The notes: a model not told the origin generated them from the sequence alone. A DNA stretch of 61,259 bases, filler included, from Circinaria calcarea (GCA_051942165.1; 4 parts of 4 records of this genome joined end to end with filler, not necessarily neighbours in it), one strand, 5' to 3'; shown: positions 1-14,600, counted from the first letter of the whole stretch. Program-made: numbers and translations.

Positions 1-1
1 G

Positions 2-930
2 TTACTCGTCGTCTCCACCATCTTGTTCTACAAATTGGTCCCGGGAGCCTACGAGGTCAATCAGTTCGAGTATCACCCTCCGCGTGTGCTACCATCGGGG
101 TTTGTGTCGTTTGTGGTGTACAATAAGAAGATCGTTGATTCGCATAAAGTTATATCGTGAGCTGTGATCTTCACGGTTAAGTTTTGCTTCCTGTCATTTT
201 TTAGGGCTTTGATTGACCGGGTGAATTACTTGATTATATATTGGAGGTTTGTTGTTGCCATGACGGCTGTGTTTGCAGTTTATTCTATTTGCAATGTATT
301 TATTGCTTGCCCGCGGATTTCTCTATCGTCAGGTACGGTATCTTTTATTAAAAAAGGAGTATAACTCGTGAGCTAATTTTTACACGTACAGTGCTGTGCT
401 TGCAAGGAACTGGCTTCGACAGATCGTTCGCGGTGGCTTTAAGCATTATGTTGCTAGATATCACGACTGATATACTAAGTGAGGCACTTATCTTGTCATA
501 ACGTGTTTACGCTTTCTACGGACTGATTTCGCTAGTTATAACCATTCCACTCTGCCTTCTCTGGAATGTCAAAATCCGAATTGCTCAGAAGTTTGGCATC
601 GGTGTCTTCCTCTGCCTCAGCATTTTTATGATTATGGTTGCCATTATCAAACTCGCCGGCTTGCGAATCTCCGGCCGCTTGTTCGATCTAGTCTGGGACA
701 TGTTTTGGCAACAAGTCGAGGCATCCGTCGCTGTGATTACGGTTTCATTTACGGCCTTCAGATCGATTTTGGTTGCGAGATCTCGATCGGTCAACAAGAA
801 GAGAAGCGGTTCGTATGCGAAAAGTTTACTTCGGATCTTTAAGGGGTGTTCTTCTGAGCGTGTGGACGATTCGCCGAGTCCGGGCCCGCCAAGGGAAAGT
901 GACACGAGCGGCGGTACTGAAGAGGCGTAA
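2..930 (+). pseudogene. Pth11-like / fungal rhodopsin-domain membrane protein, 5'-truncated by the contig start, with one in-frame TGA
   Basis: With introns ~333-391 and ~479-535 removed, the translation reads ...IS*AVIFTVKFCFLSFFRALIDRV...LDITTDILIITIPLCLLWNVKIRIAQKFGIGVFLCLSIFMIMVAIIK...FWQQVEASVAVITVS, which are typical Pth11-family TM motifs. The TGA at 158-160 sits where Trp is usual. Confidence 0.8.
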
Positions 931-1746
931 ATCACAAGTCAACAGAGTTAGTCCTGGTGGAATATGGGCATAGTATCCAACCTAACCACAGCAACGGAAA
1001 ACGTTTAACTAAAGTGAAAGATTATCCGGGGTGAGACACCAGCGATAACTTAGTTGCTGTGTTGTACACTTCTCCGGACGTAGACATTACAGTGGCAGAT
1101 TCTTAATCTCCTCCCTTAACCGATCAATATCTCTAAAGACTAGTAGCCGCCTCCCATGGACTTCAAGAGCCAAGGCAATATTATGTCCAACTGAATCTAC
1201 ACCGGAGGCAGTGGCTACTCTACCTTCTATGGCATATCAGTAACCTATTTCCCCCTCCCCAGTTCCTAAACCCCAATCTCCATTCCTCTTATGCCTCTCA
1301 CCGCCATAATTCATCCGTGCCTGCCTCCTTCCTACTTATTCTATGTGTATGGAATCACACAGCTATCTGCCCTCGCAGGATAGCTTGAGAGCAAAAGAGT
1401 CGAGATTACCTACGTGAAGGGCAGAATAGAATGACTGGGGAGGGAGAAGGGGGGATGAGAGGAGTTGGAGAGGGAGGAGGGCAGAGCGGGGAAGGAGTTT
1501 GGTAAAGGTGTCTGTTAGAGCACCTTGCCAACCAAGCACAGGTCCTGTGCAGTTAAAATACACCCACAAAGCCAAAGTCAATGCGTAACTCACCAAGGTT
1601 AGGTCCGAACCTAAATTATTAGTCCTGCCATCTCCCTTCGAAGCAATCACAATTCCAGAAACACAGCGAGACTATGAACAGGTAAGAAATGAACCCACCC
1701 AATATACCCATCTAATCCATCTTCTCCCACTCCAGTCTTCGCAACG

Positions 1747-2790
1747 ATGCAAGCCTCCCATCCCATCACTCCACCTACTCCACCTTTCCTCCGCCTCCCC
1801 CTCGAACTTCGCCGCCAAATTTACCACTACCTTCTCCCCGTCTTCCGCAACACCCTCCTCCCCCCGGCCGGAACCTTCACGAGGAAATCTTGCGCCGGCC
1901 ACCAAGGCCTTTTAACCGCCAACCGCCAGCTCTCTGCCGAAGTCTCCAGCATGCTCTACCGCGATTTCATGATCCCTATCTCTGTCTATACCTTCGGGGT
2001 CTGTATCCTCGACCACTAGTCCACGGCAGGATGGCAAGGTAAGGCCCCGCTGGAAGACTTTGATTTCGCAAAGGTGCGGACGTTGCGCGTTCATATCGCG
2101 TCGAGGGAGATCGCCAAGTGCGTGGCCGATCTGCGGAAGGCGGCGCTCGATCTCTGCGGGGTGCTGTGGGACAATACGTCGGGGATCGAGTACCTCCAAC
2201 TGGATATTAGCTCATTCGAGTATTACGGTTGCGCGTGGCTTGGAAGAGGCCAGCCCCTGAGCTCGCTGGTCGAGGGACTCTCGGATCTCGAAGTTGTGAC
2301 GCAGCCCTTCCGGACCATCAAAGGCATCCCACGCGTCGATGTCATCCTTCACAGCCCCCGTCTGCTCTCCCTCGCCTCCGTGCGGGCATGGAAATTCGAT
2401 CTGGAGCAGACCATGATGAGCACCGCTCCTTGCACCGATACCGACCTGCTGGAACTGAGCCGCTTCACAGTGACGGCCGAGATGGCGCTGGAGCACTGGA
2501 AGATGTTCAAGCGGTTCGACGAGTTGTGGGAAGATTCGGACGATATGGGCGGCATGTACGAGTCGGAACGCGAAAGCTATCTGGGGGAGCGGGAGCGCTT
2601 GAAGCATCGTGCGTATTCGGATGAAAGTGAGTTTTCAGTGGATGAGCCGGGATGTCGGCGTCGGAAGAGGGAGTATTTTACGTATAGGGATTCGGAGACG
2701 GAGTCGGATAAGGAGTCGGATGGCGGGGGTAAGGAAAAGGCAGTGGTGGGGTATCGGGATGGGATTCGGCTTGATAAACTATGCTCCTGA
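1747..2790 (+). pseudogene. Fungal protein with F-box-like N-terminal motif, interrupted by one in-frame TAG
   Basis: N-terminal FLRLPLELRRQIYHYLLP and LLTANRQLSAEVSSMLY motifs. ORFs 1747-2019 and 2074-2790 share a frame and are separated only by TAG 2017-2019; no plausible intron spans the stop. Confidence 0.65.
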
Positions 2791-3409
2791 TCTCATTGAG
2801 CCTGATGATCTGCCAGGTGGTAACCCAAAGACCTGCAACATCCAGTACGAAAAAAGAAACTCTGGTGAGTAAGAATGAAAGACTCCAGCCATACACGAAG
2901 AGATTAGCTCCATTACCAGGGTGTGTACAACATATGCAGTTTTGAATTCCTGGCACAACGCGACTGCTACCTAATAACATCGATATTACCACTCATTCTT
3001 CCACAGTGAGTGATCCCTAGCCAACATCGTAACAGGCCTGCTCGCAAACACTTGCCAACTAAACACACACGCACACACACAATGAGCAATACAATACGGA
3101 AACATGAGCATCCGAAAAGATCGGTGCGCTCTCCATACACCTCAACCCAAGGGTTGAGATATCCCAAGATAATATAAAAACATATCCAGAATAGATAAAG
3201 CTAGTTGCCCCATACTCCACGACAGTAAGCTTCAGAATACCAAGGGCCATTCCCTCAGAACACATAGAGACGAGGTAACAAACGAGGCGCCGCCCATTAA
3301 GAATTAGATTAAAGATAAATATTCAGGACAACTGGCGTCGTAGAAGACAAGTTATATTCGTCATAGCATATCGTACCGCAGAGGATCCAGGACAAGATGT
3401 CCTTCTGCT

Positions 3410-5146
3410 TTATAGAGCAAGGACCAAGATGGCGCCAAGTAGGCTCAAACCTAGACCTGCGCCGGTGACGTGGCGTTTGTAACCGGTTCCCGTTGCTGCA
3501 ATGCCTGTAGCTGCTGAGCCCGATGGCCCCAGAGATCCTTTTGATCCGACGGAACCTGCTCCGGAGCCAGTAGCTGCTGTAGTCTGGGCAGCTAGCAATG
3601 CAGAACTGTACGTTGCAGTACCATTTTTTTCTAGAAGAACATGTGGGGAATATGATAAGCTCGGGTATGACGAAGTCGTTGCAACTGAAGTAATATTTGC
3701 CACGGTGGCAGCTTCCGCATCTAAAGATGCAGTAGTGTTTATGGAAGTAGCACTGATGCTGGCCGAAATTAGCGAAGGCAAAGCATCGCTTGATGTTGGT
3801 GAACTCGTTGATAGCGCCGCTGTACTCGATGAACCCGCATCATTACTTGAGCTCTGAGCAGAAGCTGTGCTTGGTGGGGAGGACGTCGTACTGGGAGCAG
3901 GAGATGACGACGGCGGTGTTGGCGAAGGTGAAGCCATTGATGTACTGCTTTGGACAGCAACCTGCTTTTGTGCGACAGTAGGGCCAGCAGCAGAATTCGC
4001 TGAAGCACCAGACTTGCCAGAGCCAGAGCCACCCCTAGCGCTGCTAAGACCGCCATCAAAGACAACAAAGTTCGCATTGACGCCCTCAGGTACCGTCACA
4101 ACACAGAAGTTGGCACCGCCGACGCCGTTGCTATTACTTCCCACCATCTCATTTATCGTATTTTGAGATGGATCAATAGCGCATGGAAGGCCGTTGCATC
4201 CCTTTCCGTCGCAGACTATTTCGACACCCCATTTGGGCATAACATCTCTAAACGGAGTGGCCGGTTCGAGATATATAGGGTTCCAAGCCAGCTTCACGAA
4301 TGTGTTACCATGGTTGTCCGTATTGGTCCCTGCAACATAAGGGCTCCAGTTGCCCCATGGATTTTCATTCGTTCCCCAAACACAGGCTTCATCCGTTCCA
4401 ACTCCTGGCGGGTTAATATAGAAGCTTGGCAGACAGTCAGCGGAGCAGTAACGGGTTTCTCTCCAATTCACTCACTGAGCAGCAGTCTCACACCAATAGC
4501 TAGGATCAGGCACAGCTAGCTGTGCCCAGTCCTCGATGCTTGTGGGGATCAACATAGCCTCGTTCCCAGGTAGAACCGTTTGGCAGAAAGAGACGGTATC
4601 TCCAGCCTTGTTCAGGGCGCCAATCTTGGCTTTCCCACCCATGCAGTAATCCTTGTCCGGGAAAGGTTTCTGGATGGTGCCATTATCGTCACAATAAAGG
4701 CCACCATTCTAAGTATGATTAGATTTATATAGTGATACAGAAGAGATAGGTCCACTGACCATTGATTGTGGGTAGGTATAGGACGTCGCATCGGGATCCC
4801 ACTGTGCCATCATCTGTCCCGGTGGGCAAGCGTATGGGCAATAGTTTCCCGGTGTACACGGCTGATCAGGGCTCATCGCCCATCCCGCATTCTTCTCTCC
4901 CGGTGTGACCGCTACCAAGTTTGCATCACTGGGGAATTGACATTGTACCCCTCTTTTTTCAGTATCAGCAACTCTCAACTCAAGCTTTCCCCCTATCTCC
5001 ACCTTCGACGTGTAGCTCTCCCGGTTGTGATGTCGATGCCTTCGCTCCAGCGTATTGAGATGTACACTGTCGTGCTTTGCAGATGCGACTGACGCCTGTA
5101 AAAGGAGCCCCGCAATGATCGCTCCGCCAAACTCCAAGACCTTCAT
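3410..5146 (-). CDS. Secreted SUN-family beta-glucosidase/glucanase (Adg3-like) with Ser/Thr tail and GPI-like hydrophobic C-terminus
   Basis: Exons 5146-4760, 4708-4476 and 4424-3410. Signal peptide; NAGWAMSPDQPCTPGNYCPYACPPG, NGGLYC, FCQTVLPGNEAM, YWCETAAHFYINPPG and ACVWG...GNWSPY motifs. Confidence 0.9.
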
Positions 5147-6108
5147 CTTGATGATATTTCACCTCTCTTGATGGACAGAACTTGCCGGTATCCAATATCG
5201 AATAGTATAATTCTCAGCAAATGTCGTCCTTGATCCAGTGTACACCTCCAGCGCGCTACCGATAAGCTCCTAAAGTACTGTATAGCTGTCGAATTGAGAT
5301 GGGTAAATGGCGAGGGTAATCATATATAGTATGCGCAAATGTGCCAAAGAGCGACTATGGTGAAGGAGGTAAAGAATGGAAAGCTGCAAAGACAGCAAAG
5401 GCGATAACTACAGCAGCAACGGTGACGAGGTTGGGAGAGGGAGGGAACGAAGAAGGAGAGACGACCCAGACATCGCCGTCGCATCCAGGTGCCCCCCCCG
5501 GCAGGCCATGTGCAATGGCAGACCACCTTTGACTCTTCGAGAGCGCAATGAGAAAGGGAAATGAGATATTCGGCAATCGTCCAATTAAGCAGGGTCATCT
5601 TAGGCTGGCTGTGTTCCTGCATACCACGCTAAGGCTCGATCTGTCAAGTCGACCACGACGCTAATGCATGAAAGCTCAAGAGAGTGTGGAAAGGTAAAAG
5701 CCAACCAATCAGACGTTATCCCTCTAAGATTGGTGGTGGGCTAACAGCCGCGTCGAAATGCTTCCCTACTCTCCACGTTGGAATGCCGGCAGCGCGCAGG
5801 CGGAAGAGATCGGAAGGTCCACGGCAAGGATAGAAGGATCCAATACAAAAGAAAATGGGTCGCTCGCAAGCAGTCAGTCGGAGTATACCCCACCATCCTG
5901 ATGCCGCGGGAATAGTGTCAGTCAAAGGTATAAGCGCAGGCGCGTAATGCGGCTGAGCCCAAGGTCTGGAACCGCAAATGAATTGGAAGTATGACTTAAA
6001 GGAGACGGAGCATTACAACGGACGGTCATTACCAACTACTATCTTATCATGACATTATTTTATTGTCCGCCATCTTCCCAACAACTACTTCTGTCAATGA
6101 CCATCGTT

Positions 6109-6720
6109 CTATATAATCCTACCCCTTCCCACTTCAGTTAACCCATCATAGATCGTGAAAATCGCCCCTCCAAAATGTTCTCTCATCATAAAACTATACA
6201 CAGAGTCCAGCGCATGACGCATGACGCCCCAGGTCAGTTGCCTGCCATCGGAGCTAGCGATAGCCAAGTAAATACCATGTTCCCGCCAGTTAAAGCCGTT
6301 TCCCGTGGTCAAGGCAGCACCAAAATGATTGATAGAGTCATCTATCACGCCGGCCGCTTCTTGAAGGAGAAAGGCGACTGAGTTCTGGCTGAGATAGCGG
6401 TTGGTTATCGTCACTGTAATATAAATTGCCGATTGAGGGAGACACCACGTTCGTAGGGTCGGGCCGTCAGAGACAGCTCTTGGTACGAGACTGTCTGGTT
6501 CACTAGCCAGCATAGCGCTATTTGGAGTAAGGCCACGGGGTCGGTGTGGAGTGGGTATATTGGGACTGTTGATACATGGATCAGCCAAGGTATTGAGAGT
6601 ACAAGGAAAGTCGATGAATGTAACCCACTCTCCAGCTCGAAATGTTGGGTAATTCGAGCACCGCCTTGCCAAGCTTAGGGCAGCAAAACTAAGCAACATC
6701 ATGAAAGCAGTTACTTTCAT
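6109..6720 (-). CDS. Secreted hypothetical protein (~203 aa)
   Basis: Signal peptide MKVTAFMMLLSFAALSLA; C-terminal LTWGVMRHAL...FTIYDGLTEVGRG region resembling a family of fungal secreted proteins; single open frame. Confidence 0.65.
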   Translation of the reverse strand: MKVTAFMMLLSFAALSLARRCSNYPTFRAGEWVTFIDFPCTLNTLADPCINSPNIPTPHRPRGLTPNSAMLASEPDSLVPRAVSDGPTLRTWCLPQSAIYITVTITNRYLSQNSVAFLLQEAAGVIDDSINHFGAALTTGNGFNWREHGIYLAIASSDGRQLTWGVMRHALDSVYSFMMREHFGGAIFTIYDGLTEVGRGRII

Positions 6721-7993
6721 CTCGATAATCAATTCGATACTAGTAGGAACATGTAAGACGTAGAGGATAAAAGAAAAATGCGAATCTGCGGTCCAAAGCT
6801 ATCAACAACTTCCAACTGCCGTACTAGAGTGACATTGGTCTTTACTTAATCCATATCATGTCATGCTCAGAAGGTGTCTTCGCAGAAAGTGCTGTCCCGA
6901 AGTACTCAAGCGCGGCAGTAGAAATCCAGCGGGAGCGGTGAAAATTCACAAACGACTCTGTTTCATGGGATTTCATACTAATTCTGAGCCGCAGGACAGC
7001 TTGCTTATGAGATATTAAGCTCATAGTGCCTAGTTCAAACTGCCCATAGTAGTGGCTAGCCATACACCCGAACATGACACTTGCGTCGGAAATATCCTTT
7101 CGTCTTTGCCTATTTCTGAAGACCATCCGGAAACGACTATACCGAGCCTGAGATGTTTCGGGCAGTCTCTTTTCCTCAATTGGAATGGATACCATATATT
7201 TCTCAACTCTAGTCTCAATTCTCGACTCTATACGGACATTGTCAGATCCGCGAAACCAGTAAGCCTTTTGTCGCCACCTTCGAGACGTTACCTGATGCCT
7301 CAATCGACAAGACTTGGCCCTATCGCTTATCGTAACCCCGTTTCGAGGGCACCTATGATAACTCTAAGCTTGTAGGGCTTCCGATCTGATCCAGCATGTT
7401 ACGAACTAACCAGCGGACAAGGATAGCAACTCGATGCAAGGACCCTGAAGGTTTAGTGAGAATAGTAGGAAAGGCTGGATTGAGGGCTCTATAGCCTGTT
7501 CAGCAACATTGGATGTAATACTATTGTTTATGGCATACTCCGTAAGCTAAAGCTCTCTTCTCGGCGGGCACAATCCGTAGAGACTGCTGTGGTAGCCGCC
7601 ACGTTCCTAATGATCCGCTTCCAAAGATTATCATTTTGCAGGTGCTCGCCCCATACCCGCGGATAGTCTCCATTGTTAGACCGTCTTTCATTCTGATCAG
7701 CTGAGTCAAAATATGGTCAAGTCACCTAGTCGGTTCATGCCTCCCAACGCAAATCGACTTAAACTAACTTGGAACGTTTTCCAGAAGGAAGGGAGATCCC
7801 ACAACTTATGCCGCCCTCTGTGATGCTATGATGAAGGACTTTGGATTCCAGGCGCTAGGCGGAGTAACCAAGGGACGTTGCCAAGCATTCTCCAGGCCCC
7901 ACGTTGGGAGTAGACTATCGTACATGTATAGGTAGCTCTCTCTAAATTCAATCAGCCCAAACAGCCCAAAAGCTTCTGAAACAAAGAACAAAG

Positions 7994-9009
7994 ATGGCAC
8001 CCTCCTCGATTGTAGTAGTCAGTCTTCTCAAACTCACAAGACCCGCTACGTTTCTCAGCTGACTCTCAAAAAGGGTAAGATCAAAGTGCAGCTGAAGCTC
8101 GCCATCAGTCGGCTACGCATGGTGGAGCAAAAGGACACGGCGATCGCCAAGCAGCAACGCCGGGCCATGGCCCAATTACTCGAAGTACATCATCCCCCTT
8201 CCAAAGCTCCCTCGTCCCTCTCTGATCGACGATCCCAACAGCAAGGTAAAGAAGAATCAGCCCGTATCCGCGTCGAGAACATCATCCGCTCCGACATCAC
8301 CACCGAACTCCTCGAAATCCTCGAACTCTACTGCGAGCTCCTCCTCGCGCGGATCGGGCTGCTAGAGGCCAAAGAGTGCGATCCCGGGCTGGAGGAGGCG
8401 ATCAAATCAATCATCTACGCGGCACCAAGGACAGATATCAAGGAGCTTCAAACGGCAAGGCAACTACTGGTGGAGAAATACGGCAAGGACTTTGCGCTCG
8501 AGGCGATTGAGAATACGGATGGGAAGGTAGCGGAGCGGGTGCTGAAGAAGCTCCGGATCGAACCTCCAGATCCTGAGCTGGTAACCCTCTATCTAAAAGA
8601 AATTGCTAGGACATACGGGGTGGCGTGGCCAAAGCGGCACGAGACGCCCGACGCGCCTGAGGATGACGAGGATACGCCAGGTGGAGGCCAGGCAGCGAAG
8701 CTACTCGAAACACCGCTTCCAGCAGAGGAGCTGAGCAAGGCGACACCACCCAGAGACCTTGGTCCTAGATCCCCCGTTAGTGTAGCACCTCCAAGCCCCA
8801 GCACCGATAATATCAGCCCTAGGATCAGATTACCAGGTCCGCCTGAACTAAAGCCCAACCCGCGGATGAGCGGGCTGAAAAAGACGACGAGCACTGAGGT
8901 AAGAAGTTCCGGCAAAAATGGCGATCCTGGGGGTAAGAAAGATGTGGTTGGTGGAAAGATACCAGATGTCGATGAGCTTGCCAAGCGATTTGCAGCTCTT
9001 AAGAAATGA
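7994..9009 (+). CDS. IST1: ESCRT-III-associated regulator of Vps4, Ist1
   Basis: KIKVQLKLAISRLRMVEQK, GKEESARIRVENIIRSD, LEILELYCELLLARIG and C-terminal MIM DELAKRFAALKK; short first exon at 7994 and an in-frame intron at ~8185-8241. Confidence 0.95.
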
Positions 9010-10498
9010 TACAGAAAAGATATATGCGGGTCGGGTGTATATTATCAGGATGGACTGAAAGACAGGAGCGAAAGTGAACCCTAAATTCTAGAGAGCAAAT
9101 ATGATAGAACTCTCAAACAAACACCTAAAATCCATTTCAGTAATCGGCCAGAGGTGTATGTAAAATAGTTTTCCCCTATTCGAAAGAATTCTGTAAGGAG
9201 TAAAGCAATGTTCTTCGGATTTCGTCACATCAAGCATTTCATCTCCAATATCAGCACGCGACCACCCAAACTCTTAGCAGCACCTAGAGTGCGGTAATCC
9301 AGGGTTTAGGATGATGGCACCAGGGTTAGAGCGCAGTGCAGAAAAGACCTACCAAAGTGCTTCGATCAACGATCGTCTACAGACAGTTAGGTACGGGGAG
9401 ACTCTTAGAAGTCAACCGTACGCGTATCTGAGTTCTGCCGGTCGAAACATGAGGCAAGACCGTCTTCTAAATCGAAGTTATGAGCATGAGAAACTATAAA
9501 TCTTTTGCCAGGCCAAGGAGATTGGGAGATTGGCTCCTAGAGCACCAGTGGAGTGGGATGACAAGGATGACGGCTTAAAATGTCTGGTAGGAAAAACATG
9601 ACTGTGGTACTGTCCCTCTGATAGGACGGGACGACTTAGTGCGAAGACACCTTGTTTCCATCCAGCATGTTATCGCTGGGGAGATAGGGAGGTGACAGCG
9701 GTATTGTAGCTTTTTGATACAGCTTTTGAGTCAGACTTCCAAGCACCTGTCATAAGAGCAAGGATTTTGCATATGCAAGTAGCAAGGTATGGATTGGTAT
9801 GGACACTCCTCCAACCCATGAGTGCCTGGGAGAATGACCGAGTTGAGAACTTGGTCGTACTGTAGGGATCTTCACAATGGTGTATGAGAGTAATGGAATG
9901 AGTCAGACCATCTCGATAGCTAAACACGGTTCTCGAACACCAGGGGCTCTCTCCTCCAGCGTAGTCAACTTACGATTTGAAGGGAATAGAGCAAAGTAGA
10001 GTGTGCCTACCTGAAGTAATATGTCCTCCAATATCTGCTTTCGTCTACAGTCTCATGGACCTCCGGCGTACTGGTAACTTCTACCAATCCAATCGTCTTT
10101 GATTCGCCAACAGTCTTGAAAGTCCACATCATAACTCACTGCATAACTCACTGCGGCAACCCTACAATCCTACAATCCCTCGTATCTATCATCAGCGATC
10201 GGTCTATTGAGACGACTGTCAACCAGAACCTCTCAAACAATTCTTCAGGTACGTTCGCGAGGAATTCCTGTGAAAATCCTCCTCTAAAGGTAAGATTGTC
10301 AATCCTGGTTCGAGCCCACATCAACTCGCTCAGTCCAGATGGATCCCTTCGTTTTCTGAAGTATCCTTCCACATCGAGACCTTCAGTGAACTTTACTTCC
10401 CCATCTCACTTCTTAAACACAGGTAGCCACCCTCTTTTACGTCTTCATCAAGATATCCATCAACCCGCACTAGCAAAGACAGTCGTAACATCAGAAAA

Positions 10499-11108
10499 AT
10501 GGATCACTCAACTTCAGAGACCAGTAAGTCTACAGCTAAGAGATCTCAGCAAGATCCGACCGTGGCTAATATCACCAAGTTGTTAAACCACCCAAGGCCA
10601 AGATCAGCGTAGCCTCCAAATGGACGGATCAGGAGAAGGTATACACCCAACATCACCTTAGACCGACCCCTTTTTAACGTGAGCATTGGGCGGTCAGCTT
10701 CAGGTACTTTTCTCGGTCATCGAGTCCGGTGGGCCGATCAACTGGGACAACGTCTTTATTCCAGAGGGACGTACCCTCAAGGCTGTCAAGTGCATGATTG
10801 ATGTCGCCAAGAAACAAGCTGTCAATGGTCCTTCAAGCACCGGTGAGGGAGCGTCCCAAAAAGTCAAGCCCGAGAAGGTCAAGCCGGAAAAGGTCAAAGC
10901 CGCTCCCAAGAGTCCGACGAAACGCAGGCGCTCTGTCAAGAAGAATGTAGACAAGTCGGGCGTACTTGTAGAGGATGACGAAGACGATCTCCCAACCATC
11001 AAAAAGCACAAGTCTGAGGAGGAGGATGAGGGGCAAGCCCTTGAGTTCATCAAGATGGACACTGGGTTTATGGATGACGGAGAGGAGGACAATGAGGAGG
11101 AGGGTTAG
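10499..11108 (+). CDS. Small fungal nuclear protein with a Myb/SANT-like N-terminal motif and a basic/acidic tail
   Basis: Spliced MDHSTSET|IVKPPKAKISVASKWTDQEK|LQVLFSVIESGGPINWDNVFIPEGRTLKA using canonical GT-AG introns; K/R-rich NLS-like stretch and acidic C-terminus. Confidence 0.65.
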
Positions 11109-11630
11109 CTATCTCACTTCGGCCTCCCAGCCCTCTACAGAGGCAACCTCGAGATCTTTCCATAGCACCTTGATCCAAACTTCGTTGAGTTTTCGGATAG
11201 CTAAGCGTTTTGAGATACTTTGCATGAAGTTTCTGATGGCGCGTATCTCAATGCAAGGGCGAGATCTATGCTTCGGGATTGGTGGAGATTAGCGCCCTAG
11301 GAGATCGATTTAGATACTTACCACAGGGGCTTCATCTTCACAAGAAAGTTTTATACATGATATTCCTCCGTGAGCTGAATGCATGTAGGCCTTACCATTA
11401 GAGGCATATTTAATGTCCAGGCGAAGTATTTAGGACTTCCCGTTGCCTTAATCCCAGCACCGGTCCCAAGGCTGTACTCGCCTCGTTCTTCGTCCACCAG
11501 CAAGCCATCCACTGCAACTCTTCAGCATCCACCTTTGACGCTCTTTCGTTCTAAGGTACACGCGACTAAGTTGACCGGCCTTACCGTATCAAATATACAT
11601 AATCGATCCCGCTCGTTGGCCACTCTGGCA

Positions 11631-14600
11631 ATGGAGTTCACCGGCAGTATTCGCAACAAGCGCAAGCAAAGCCCAGTCACAGACATCGATCGGCCGGCGA
11701 AGCACCTTAAGCCGGTCATCTCTCCTCAAGCAGACGGCGATGAGACGCCTGCTAGCAGGCCTCTGTATGGTATAGAGAGTGACGGAGATGACGGTCCCCT
11801 TCTCCCTCTTGCGCCTGCAACGGCAGACACCGTAGAATGGCAGGCTACGATAGAGACGGTGGTTCGCCGTGTGGTGTCTATACATTTCTGCCAAACTTGC
11901 TCTTTTGATACCGACCCCGCTACTTCAAGTGAAGCTACTGGATTCGTTGTGGATGCAGAGAAAGGTGCGGTCGATTTGTCCAAGGACGACCTGCTAACTG
12001 ATCCACAATACAAATAGGCTACATCTTGACAAACCGCCATGTCGTGTGTGCAGGTCCCTTCTGGGGTTATTGTATCTTTGACAACCACGAAGAATGCGAC
12101 GTCTATCCTGTCTACCGCGACCCAGTACATGATTTTGGGATCCTACGCTTCGACCCGAAGGCTATCAAGTATATGCCCTTGGCTGCGCTGGAGCTACGGC
12201 CGGATCTGGCACGGGTAGGGTCTGAGATTAGGGTGGTGGGAAATGACGCTGGTGAAAAGTTGAGCATATTGTCCGGCGTCATTAGCAGACTCGACAGAAA
12301 CGCGCCAGAATACGGAGAAGGATATAGCGATTTCAACACAAACTATATACAAGCTGCAGCCGCCGCCAGTGGGGGTAGTTCAGGCAGTCCTGTTGTTAAT
12401 TTGGATGGGTACGCAGTGGCCCTTCAGGCCGGTGGTAGAGCAGATGGTGCAGCAACAGATTATTTCCTGCCCCTAGATCGACCCTTGAGAGCTCTGGAGT
12501 GCATCAAGAAAGGGATGCCTGTGGAACGGGGGACAATACAGACTCAGTGGATAATCAAGCCTTTTGATGAATGCCGAAGGTTAGGACTGACACCCGAATG
12601 GGAGGCTGCCATAAGGCAAGGTTTCCCAAAGGAGACTGGTATGCTGGTAGCTGAGATAGTCCTCCCTGAAGGACCTGCAGACAAAAAGATTGAGGAAGGG
12701 GATGTCCTGATCAAAGTTAACGGGGAACTCCTGACTCAATTTATTCTCCTTGACTCCATTCTCGACTGTCACGTCGGCAAGAAGGTCACTATCTTGGTTC
12801 AGAGAGGTGGTCAAGATGTTGAGGTTGAATTTGATGTCGGCGACCTCCATGCTATCACTCCTGACCGGTTCGTCACTGTTGCCGGAGGGACTTTCCACGA
12901 TCTTTCCTACCAGCAAGCCCGCCTATACGCGATTGCAGTGAGAGGGGTATACGTTTGCGAAGCGGCCGGATCATTTAGATTTGAGCACACAGAGTCCGGG
13001 TGGCTGATCGAATCGATCGACCAAAAGAAGACCCCGGATCTAGCGACCTTCATTGAGGTGATGAAAGGTTAGACTACCTTTACTCTGAGATTACTAAAAC
13101 GTACTTATCCTCCAATTCTAGGTATTCGAGATCGGGCGAGGGTTGTGGTAACCTACAAGCACCTACGAGACCTTCATACTCTAAATACCAGCATCATTTG
13201 TGTCGACAGACACTGGAGTAGTAAGATGAGAATGGCCATTCGGAACGACCGTACAGGTTTATGGGATTACAGCGATATCGCAGATCCTCTACCGGCGAGT
13301 CCGCCTGTTCCACGCACAGCAGAATTCGTTCGGCTGGATAGCATCTCTTACCCGGCAGCAGCAGATGTTATTCGAAGCTTCGTTCGCGTTGTATGTACGA
13401 TGCCGGTCAAATTGGATGGCTTTCCCAAGGCACGCAAGATTGGCTTCGGTGTTGTGGTCGATGCTGAGAAAGGTCTCGTCATTGTGTCAAGAGCGATTGT
13501 GCCATATGACCTATGTGATCTCTCTGTCACAGTTGCCGACTCGATCATCGTCGACGCCAAAGTTCTCTTCATGCACCCCCTCGCCAACTACGCTATAATC
13601 CAATACGACCCGTCCTTGGTGAGAGCGCCAGTGCAGACGGCGAGACTTGCTACAGAGACCATTAAGCAAGGCGCCAGCACAATTTTCCTCGGCTTCAATC
13701 ACAATCTTCGCGTTGTCGTAGCCAAGACCACCGTCACAGACATCACTACCGTCGCTATCCCGTCGAATACGGCGGCACCACGCTACAGAGCCATAAACCT
13801 CGATGCCATAACCGTGGACACGAACCTTAGTGGTCAATGTGGCAATGGTGTCTTGGTGGCGGAGGACGGTACCGTTGAAGCTCTCTGGCTTAGTTATTTG
13901 GGCGAGCGTTCTCCCCATAATAAAGACGTTGAATACCATCTCGGCCTTGCAACACCTACCCTTCTCCCCATCATCTCCCAGATCCGTGCCGGCGTGGTGC
14001 CCGATCTTCGCATACTAAATGTGGAGACCAACACCATACAGATGTCTCAAGTTCGCATTATGGGCGTCTCGGAATCCTGGATCGAAAAGGTCGCCAAGGC
14101 TAATCCTTCTCGCCACCAACTCTTCATGGTCCGCAAGATCGACTGCGCTCCTCCTTCCTCCCCAGCTTCTAACTCTTCCAACTCCCTCCAGGAAGGCGAC
14201 ATCATCTTAACCCTCAACGGTCAACTCATCACTCGCGTCTCGGAACTAGACGTCATGTATAACTCCACCTCTCTCCGCGCGCTTGTCGTCCGTGGTGGCA
14301 AGGAACTCACCCTCGACGTCCCCACCATCCCAACCACCGACCTCTCCACCTCCCACGCTCTCCTCTTCTGCGGCGCAGTCCTCCACCGCCCGCACCATGC
14401 CGTTCGTCAGCAGATCTCCAAGCTCCACTCCGAAGTCTACGTTTCCGCTCGAACCCGTGGTTCCCCATCTTACCAATACGGCCTCGCTCCTACGAATTTC
14501 ATCACCGCCGTCAACTCAATCCCAACACCTACCCTCACCTCTTTCTGCGAAGCAGTCAAGGGAATCGAAGATAATACGTATTTCCGCCTCAGGGTGGTCA

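Noticed and set aside
9300..9330. Telomere-like GGGTTTAGG/GGGTTAG words (also ~21202)
   Set aside because: Isolated one- or two-copy matches; not telomeric arrays or a telomerase RNA template.
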